DNA of 64,000 bases. Source: Patescibacteria group bacterium (GTDB taxonomy: Bacteria; Patescibacteriota; Patescibacteriia; 2-12-FULL-60-25). Shown here in pieces: positions 57,350 to 64,000 of this stretch. The stretch lies in the NCBI GenBank assembly GCA_041658705.1, contig JBAZZT010000004.1, positions 30,758 to 94,757 on the forward strand, read 5' to 3'. Each line of letters begins with the position of its first letter. Positions within the stretch are counted from its first letter, which is position 1. The position numbers were made by a program, and so were the translations under genes. The notes beneath the pieces were generated by a model, which searched no databases, was not told the origin of the DNA, and saw only the letters and a program-made list of their open reading frames with translations.

Positions 57350-58360
57350 CTACTCCGCCGCAGCTTCCGCAGCCGGCTGCTCGGCGGCAGGCTGCGCTGC
57401 CTTGGGTGCCGCAGGCGTGAAGCCCCGGAGGTCGAGCCGATGAGACAGCGTCTCGTCAGCGCTCGGCTTCACGTCGTCGCGCCGCGCCCTGGGGTCCATC
57501 TGCCGATGCATCCACTGCTCGGCCTGCTCCAAGGCCTGGGCGCCGCGGAGCGGGTTGGCAGCCGTGTAGATGAGTGACACGAACAGGCTGATCTCGCCCT
57601 TGAAGGAATCGACTTCCTCCTTGGTGTAGGTGTAGTCCCCACCACCGTGCGAGGCCTGGAGCACCAGCCCCAGGACGAAGCGTGCCGCTACGAGCTTGCC
57701 GTCCTCGGGCGAGACGTTCGTGTCCTCGAGCCGCTTCTTGGTCTCGCGGTCCAGGAGCAAACGCACGCGCTCGATCGAGAGCCGCGGGTGCCTGCCGCGC
57801 TGACCCTGCGGCTGCGCCTGCTGCGTCGGCTTGCCTACGGCATCGACGACCTCGGGAGCCTGCATGTTCTGCAGGGAAGCCTGGAGTAACTGCTGCCGCT
57901 CGATTTGACGGGCGCGCCGCGCATCTTCCTTGGCCTTGTCCGCCGCCAGCCGCGCTTCAGTCCTGCGGCGATTCCCTTCGCGCTCCGCGTTCTCGTCTCT
58001 GGCCTCAAGCGTCCGTTTGGCGAGGACGAGGGCGTCATGGATTGCGCAGACGACGTAGTTCATGCGCTTCACTCTGCTCTCCGACTTCTCGTTGCCGCTC
58101 TTGGCCTCTTCCCGGAGAACCGCGAGGTCGAATCTCTGCGCTTCGCAGTAGACCAGTGCCCGAATGAAGTGCGGCCAAGATCCGGGCGGCGCCACCTTGG
58201 GGGTACCGCACTCGATGAAGGGCTTGCGGCCCGCGAGCGCAATCGGAGGCTTCACGCCAGCTGAGACCGCGGCAGCGACTGCCTTGATGACGTCCATGGA
58301 CACTTTCCCGTTCCTGCAAGAATCGATCGCGCTGACTGCTGACTTGATGGCTTCGATCAT
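57350..58360 (-). CDS. Hypothetical protein (336 aa) with a charged coiled-coil centre and an Ala/Pro/Gln-rich tail
   Basis: GGAGGT lies 6 nt upstream of the ATG. No family recognised. The region looks GC-richer than its surroundings. Confidence 0.6.
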   Translation of the reverse strand: MIEAIKSAVSAIDSCRNGKVSMDVIKAVAAAVSAGVKPPIALAGRKPFIECGTPKVAPPGSWPHFIRALVYCEAQRFDLAVLREEAKSGNEKSESRVKRMNYVVCAIHDALVLAKRTLEARDENAEREGNRRRTEARLAADKAKEDARRARQIERQQLLQASLQNMQAPEVVDAVGKPTQQAQPQGQRGRHPRLSIERVRLLLDRETKKRLEDTNVSPEDGKLVAARFVLGLVLQASHGGGDYTYTKEEVDSFKGEISLFVSLIYTAANPLRGAQALEQAEQWMHRQMDPRARRDDVKPSADETLSHRLDLRGFTPAAPKAAQPAAEQPAAEAAAE

Positions 58361-58470
58361 GTGATACCTCCGGTGGGGAGCAATGTGGACCGACGGAACC
58401 GCCCGTCAGTCCGATGTGGAGCGGATACGGGCAACATGCCCGCGAGCGCAAACCGTGAAATGAACCGAGT

Positions 58471-58499
58471 AACTTAGCAGATTTTGATAAATCTGTCAA
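58471..58499 (-). promoter_or_regulatory. Candidate promoter (TTGACA, 17-nt spacer, TAAGTT) with a 7-bp-arm palindrome filling the spacer
   Basis: Minus strand: ttgaca gatttatcaaaatctgc taagtt. The palindrome is cagattt tgat aaatctg. Confidence 0.45.
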
Positions 58500-58572
58500 G
58501 AGTATGACTTACAAAAATAATAAAATAGGCCAAATGGCCTTGTTTTTTGATAAAAAAGTCTAATTTACTATC

Positions 58573-58601
58573 TTGACAAAATGTGTAAAGTGTGTTATCT
58601 T
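58573..58601 (+). promoter_or_regulatory. Candidate promoter (TTGACA, 17-nt spacer, TATCTT)
   Basis: ttgaca aaatgtgtaaagtgtgt tatctt. Lies about 70 nt upstream of ATG 58672. Confidence 0.45.
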
Positions 58602-58671
58602 TTCTTGTCTCGTGTCATTTGAGGCGCGGATCGTCCCCTCATGGGACGCCCTTTACACAAGGAGAATTTGC

Positions 58672-59337
58672 ATGAAGAAGTTGCTGTTCGCGGTCTGTCT
58701 GTTCGGCGCGTGCCAGTTCGGCTGCATCGAAAAGGTCATCATCGGTGACAATGGCCAGTTGCCGTCGTGCGAAACGTCGACCTCGCCCTGCGAGCTGCCC
58801 GGCGAGCCGAACGGACTGCCTACTTCAGGCTGCGATCCAATAGTCAAGGTCACCGTCATCGGTCCGGGCGAAGGGCAGATCGCCGCGGGCGCCAAAGGTG
58901 CGCTCTTCGCGAGGGCTAGTGTCATCAACGCCTGTGGGCCAACCACGTTCAAGTCCCTGTCTGTATATTTGGCCAGCGAACAACTGACCAAGTACTGCGC
59001 AGCGACCTGTACGGCGACTGATGCGTGGAATTTCAGTCGCCCGATGTTGGTCAGCGGTGGAACGGTGTTCGTAGCCGCGAACGGTTTCCATCTTGCGCAA
59101 ATGTACGATGGGACGCCTGCCCTCGAAGCGACATTCGATCAACCATTCTCCGTCGCAGCAGGGGAGACCGTCACCCTCGATTTCTTGGTCGATGTGGCGG
59201 ATGTCGAGGCTGTGCCGGGCAGCTTGTTCGGTCGCCGCTTCCGCGCGACTCTCGGTTGGGCATTCATCAACTCGTCGGTCGTGTACTCGGGCGTGGTGGC
59301 CGACGGCGGCTACCAGACGATCACGCCCGCCAAGTAG
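58672..59337 (+). CDS. Secreted protein / possible lipoprotein (221 aa)
   Basis: AAGGAG RBS. Signal peptide MKKLLFAVCLFGAC with a lipobox-like LFGAC. Confidence 0.65.
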   Translation: MKKLLFAVCLFGACQFGCIEKVIIGDNGQLPSCETSTSPCELPGEPNGLPTSGCDPIVKVTVIGPGEGQIAAGAKGALFARASVINACGPTTFKSLSVYLASEQLTKYCAATCTATDAWNFSRPMLVSGGTVFVAANGFHLAQMYDGTPALEATFDQPFSVAAGETVTLDFLVDVADVEAVPGSLFGRRFRATLGWAFINSSVVYSGVVADGGYQTITPAK

Positions 59338-59370
59338 TCGAGCGCCAAGCGCGCCGGCGACTCTAAAAAA

Positions 59371-59395
59371 ACGCCTCGGTTTCTCACCGAGGCGT
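59371..59395. terminator. Bidirectional terminator
   Basis: aaaaaa acgcctcgg tttctca ccgaggcgt ttat. Confidence 0.65.
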
Positions 59396-59491
59396 TTATC
59401 GTTACCGATTCTTTATAGGTAGCCCTTCGACTGCGCTGTCGCGGAGTTTACCCCGCACTCGATGCGGGGTTCAGGGAATATTAATAATATC

Positions 59492-59519
59492 GTAGGGGCG
59501 AATGATTATTCGCCCCTAC
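59492..59519. repeat. REP-like palindrome
   Basis: gtaggggcg aatgattatt cgcccctac. Confidence 0.8.
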
Positions 59520-59525
59520 TACCGA

Positions 59526-60320
59526 TTAGGCTTGGGGTTTGCGTCGCGAGAACAGCGCTCCGGCGATAAGTCCGAGGATCAAGAGCACAGCCCCTCCTAT
59601 GACAGCTTGGATCACGGTCATGCCTTGAGCCGGTTGCGCTGCCACGGGTGCGGATGTTTGCGCCGGAGGTGTCGCGCTTTCATCTTCTTGCGCCGCGACT
59701 TCGGTCGTAGTCGTTGGGGTGGTGACTACGCTTTCACGTATTTCGGGGATGGCTAGCGCCACGTCAGGCGTCTGCGTCACGAGTTTTTGCGGATTGGCGG
59801 AGGAGAGTCGGATATGCAGGGCGCCGGGTACTACCGGGATGGCGACGGCGTGTTCGGTGATGAAGGTCTTGTCCTCCAAGGCTTTGCCATAGTCAGCCGT
59901 GAGTCCGTATTCGATTTTGGATGTAGTTTCTTGATCGGTCTTCCAAGTCGCTTTGAGGATTTTGCCGTCGGATGAGATTTGGATGTCGGTGATCTGCGGA
60001 GCGTTGGCCTTGGGTGTCGGGATGAGGATGGGCGGGATGATCAACGGTTCAAGGTTGTTGAACATGTCCGGGTTCGGGACAGGGAGCGGCTTGGGCGTCG
60101 GCATCGGGGTCGCATTCAAAAGACCTGGGTCGAAGATGACCGAGGCGCCTTGCCAGGGGATCTTGATGCCGACATCCGAAGTGCTAGTCGTGAGTTCGAC
60201 TTTCGGCGGCGCCGTTATCCGAAGATTGTTTTTCAGGGCGTCTGGCGTAACCACGGCGAAGGCGGCTTGGGCAGCCAAGAGACATACCGCTACGGAACCG
60301 ATGATGACCATTTTGCGCAT
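59526..60320 (-). CDS. Secreted protein with an FN3-like domain and a C-terminal TM anchor (264 aa)
   Basis: Signal peptide MRKMVIIGSVAVCLLAAQAAFA. ILKATWKTDQETTSKIEYGLTADYG resembles an FN3 / purple-acid-phosphatase N-terminal domain. Tail is GGAVLLILGLIAGALFSRRKPQA. Confidence 0.65.
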   Translation of the reverse strand: MRKMVIIGSVAVCLLAAQAAFAVVTPDALKNNLRITAPPKVELTTSTSDVGIKIPWQGASVIFDPGLLNATPMPTPKPLPVPNPDMFNNLEPLIIPPILIPTPKANAPQITDIQISSDGKILKATWKTDQETTSKIEYGLTADYGKALEDKTFITEHAVAIPVVPGALHIRLSSANPQKLVTQTPDVALAIPEIRESVVTTPTTTTEVAAQEDESATPPAQTSAPVAAQPAQGMTVIQAVIGGAVLLILGLIAGALFSRRKPQA

Positions 60321-60420
60321 AAAATTCTAGGATTAGGTTTTAGCTGGACGCAGCATACAAATTAATCCTGGGTTTGGGAATACGGTGTTTGTCGAGGGCG
60401 GGTTCTAGGGCAGGTGAGTC

Positions 60421-60499
60421 AGGTGAATATGGAATATAGAATTTGGAATTTAGAATTCAGGTCTTCCATATTCCATATTCCAAATTCCACATTCACCTT
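60421..60499. repeat. Word hairpin (GGAATAT/AGAATTT words) upstream of the rRNA promoter
   Basis: aggtgaatatggaatatagaatttggaatttagaa .. ttccatattccatattccaaattccacattcacct. Confidence 0.8.
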
Positions 60500-60566
60500 C
60501 GGAAACGGCTCTTTTTAGCCCGAATTTCCATAATATTCAGCCCTCCGTGGAGCGCAAACCAGGCTC

Positions 60567-60595
60567 TTGACACATGCTTTGGAATTCGGTAACCT
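60567..60595 (+). promoter_or_regulatory. Candidate 16S rRNA promoter (TTGACA, 17-nt spacer, TAACCT)
   Basis: ttgaca catgctttggaattcgg taacct. Lies about 270 nt upstream of the mature 16S 5' end. Confidence 0.4.
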
Positions 60596-60866
60596 GCCCG
60601 CACGTCCAAACCCCATCCACTGGGGAGCTTGAAAAGGGGAAAAACACCACGCCAAAAGCGTGGATTCAGATTCCCGCGTAATGCCTAGCGGCTTCACGCG
60701 GCGGCACAGCCCCTCCAGGACGCAGACTCGTCAAGTCGCTCATGCGACCAAGAGTCAAAGCACTTCGAAAACAGAAGAGTGATCGCAACAAAAGTATCGG
60801 GTCCGTTCCGCAGCGATGCGGAACACAAATGATTGATCCCTCCGACCAACCAGGGTCGGAGAGGGT

Positions 60867-62372
<1,506 letters not shown>

Positions 62373-62505
62373 CTAGGGAGATATACAATTCTGTCATCGC
62401 GTAAGCGATACTCAGGATAAGATTCCCAGGTCGATTTCTCCGCTTCGGCGGAGAATCACCCCGATATGATTTTGCGATCACTTTTCTGAAGACGAAGGCA
62501 AGATG

Positions 62506-62530
62506 CCCCCGCGCGGGGTGTTTTTGTTTT
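62506..62530 (+). terminator. Rho-independent terminator about 135 nt after the 16S 3' end
   Basis: ccccgc gcgggg followed by tgtttttgtttt. Confidence 0.7.
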
Positions 62531-62580
62531 ACGACTTGCCAACATAAGCGCCGAATGTTATCCCATGGGCAGTTCATTCA

Positions 62581-62775
62581 ATGGAGGGAGTGATGACGAC
62601 GACAATGAGAATCATCGATTGGATGCTTGATTCCCGGCGAGTGGGTTGGGTGATTCTGGTCGTGTTCCTGGCGGCAGCCGCGATGGCACTTACCGGCTGG
62701 GCCATCGACAACACGCCGCTCATGATCGCGGGCGTGATCATCCTGCCCGTAGGATTCATGCTGTTCTCGAGGTGA
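62581..62775 (+). CDS. Small 2-TM membrane protein (64 aa; start may be 62593)
   Basis: GGAGGG is near the start. TM segments are VGWVILVVFLAAAAMALTGW and LMIAGVIILPVGFMLF. Confidence 0.45.
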   Translation: MEGVMTTTMRIIDWMLDSRRVGWVILVVFLAAAAMALTGWAIDNTPLMIAGVIILPVGFMLFSR

Positions 62776-62785
62776 GGGTCGGCGC

Positions 62786-63097
62786 ATGCTAGAAGCTATT
62801 GATAACCTGCAGCCTGGATTCGCCTTCGTCACGCCGGCGCACGCCGTCATCCGGCGTTTCGATCATAGTCTCGTAGGCATCCGCATGGGTTGCAGCGAGC
62901 CGATCATCATGGATTTCCTGGATGAGTCGATCGCCGACGAGTTCCTCACCAAATGGGGGATGAAGCTTTATCCTGACGTGTTGTCAGTGACGCGCCAGAT
63001 CCCCATGGACCTGGAAGAGGTCGAATACATCTTGCGCGCCATGGTGAAATTGCGCGCCATGGTGAAATTGCGCGCCATGGTGAACATAGCCCAGTGA
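62786..63097 (+). CDS. Hypothetical protein (103 aa) ending in a tandem hexapeptide repeat
   Basis: The C-terminus LRAMVK LRAMVK LRAMVN is encoded by an 18-bp tandem repeat. Confidence 0.45.
   Translation: MLEAIDNLQPGFAFVTPAHAVIRRFDHSLVGIRMGCSEPIIMDFLDESIADEFLTKWGMKLYPDVLSVTRQIPMDLEEVEYILRAMVKLRAMVKLRAMVNIAQ
63032..63085 (+). repeat. 3 x 18-bp tandem repeat
   Basis: ttgcgcgccatggtgaaa occurs twice, followed by ttgcgcgccatggtgaac. Confidence 0.9.
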
Positions 63098-63185
63098 GCC
63101 GAGTCTCTTATCCACGCACCCGCTACCTCAAGCGCGGTGCGTTTTTGATTTGTGCGCGGTGCGCGTTACGCGGTACGATACCCGT

Positions 63186-64000
63186 ATGCACATGGAACAG
63201 GCTTTGAGGAAGGAAGAGGCGAAGACCGATATCGCCAATCCGATCAAAAAACCGCGCGAATTGCCGGCGGATATCCCATCCTCCATCAATCCCACCTTGT
63301 ATAAGGCTTTGTGGGAAATCTTGCCTGAAAAAAATGGAGCGACGCCTTTGGCTAAAGGCGGGGAACATCTGGTCTTTGAGTTCGTCGATCCCAATAAAAA
63401 ATCTAAACATGGGAATGTCGTATACAAAGTAAATTTTCTCGATTCGCTCGATATCGTCGACGCCGCGCGCCGCGGTAAATCGAAAGAGGTGGATCGGATA
63501 GTCCGCAGCATGGAGACGGCGATGGCCGCGCGCGAAGGCAAGCTCAACGAGATGAGGAAATATTTCGGTTTCAGCGCCGTGCCCGTGCAATATGCGGCGA
63601 TAAAACAACTCCCGGTCACGCCGCAGATAATCGAAGCGCTCAAACCGCGTACCAAGACGGAGGGTTTGCCTAAAGAGCTTCCGGTCTGGATCACGGTGCA
63701 GCGCAAGGTGGATTTGCCGCCGGAGGATACGCATTCGATCAACGGTTATTATCCTGAAGCGAATTTCAAATATAAAAAAGGCGTGCATCTTGCCCAAGCG
63801 GAAGAAGAGTATGACGCGGCGCACCGGACTTTGACCGGTCCTGCCCAGAGATTCAGCGGCGCCGACAGGATGCTGTGTCTGGCCATATTTCCGGAACTCA
63901 AAGATGTGCTGGTTCTGGCCGAAGCTGATCCGTCGTTCCGCTCTAAACTCGAAGAGTTCGTACATGCTTTGATCCGTTATACCCAGGAGACTGGCACCTC
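63186..64000 (+). CDS. Hypothetical protein, 5' part (open to the window end; not in the ORF track)
   Basis: Translates without a stop from ATG 63186 to position 64000 (MHMEQALRKEEAKTDIANPIKKPREL..GGEHLVFEFVDPNKKSKHGNVVYKVNF..). Codon usage resembles neighbouring genes. The listed minus-strand ORFs 63123..63965 and 63128..63742 look like shadows of it. Confidence 0.55.
   Translation, partial: MHMEQALRKEEAKTDIANPIKKPRELPADIPSSINPTLYKALWEILPEKNGATPLAKGGEHLVFEFVDPNKKSKHGNVVYKVNFLDSLDIVDAARRGKSKEVDRIVRSMETAMAAREGKLNEMRKYFGFSAVPVQYAAIKQLPVTPQIIEALKPRTKTEGLPKELPVWITVQRKVDLPPEDTHSINGYYPEANFKYKKGVHLAQAEEEYDAAHRTLTGPAQRFSGADRMLCLAIFPELKDVLVLAEADPSFRSKLEEFVHALIRYTQETGT

Noticed and set aside
63123-63965. 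Minus-strand ORFs 63123..63965 (280 aa) and 63128..63742 (204 aa).
   Set aside because: Their translations are Arg/Phe/Ile-rich and low-complexity. The plus strand is open from ATG 63186 to the window end and has a much more protein-like composition.

Overview
This is a GC-rich bacterial chromosome segment that is mostly housekeeping. Genes recognised are rpoB (partial), rpoC, yebC-family, ruvC, gyrA, clpP, a Nudix hydrolase, a DHH/NrnA-like phosphoesterase, rbfA, a short SMC, VanW, Hsp20, nusA, yidC, groES, groEL, prfB, a GalE-like epimerase, upp, rsmA and one 16S rRNA gene. That 16S gene is not followed by a 23S gene. The compact gene versions, the unlinked and primer-divergent 16S, a giant Cys-rich surface protein and very dense intergenic palindromes suggest a Candidate Phyla Radiation / Patescibacteria-like organism, but this is inference only.

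The most notable signal is a diversity-generating-retroelement (DGR)-type arrangement. Three about 340-aa paralogs (9832..10875, 10898..11908, 41110..42150) are near-identical except for a roughly 35-codon C-terminal hypervariable block. A fourth, non-coding copy of that block (42440..42586) is Asn/AAY-rich. Its adenines coincide with the variable positions, as expected for a DGR template repeat. It lies in a transcript with its own promoter and terminator. No reverse transcriptase is visible anywhere in the 64 kb, and some non-adenine mismatches exist. The cassette is therefore served in trans, served by another template, or decaying.

Other notable items:
- A 3628-aa secreted protein with about 138 cysteines.
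- Several families of REP-like palindromes and low-complexity 'word' hairpins placed directly against start and stop codons, sometimes in frame inside genes.
- Twin hairpins with identical loops but different stems.
- CIRCE operators on both groES and clpP.
- A candidate sRNA.
- An SMC with no recognisable hinge.

All coordinates of small elements were hand-indexed and may be off by 1-3 nt.
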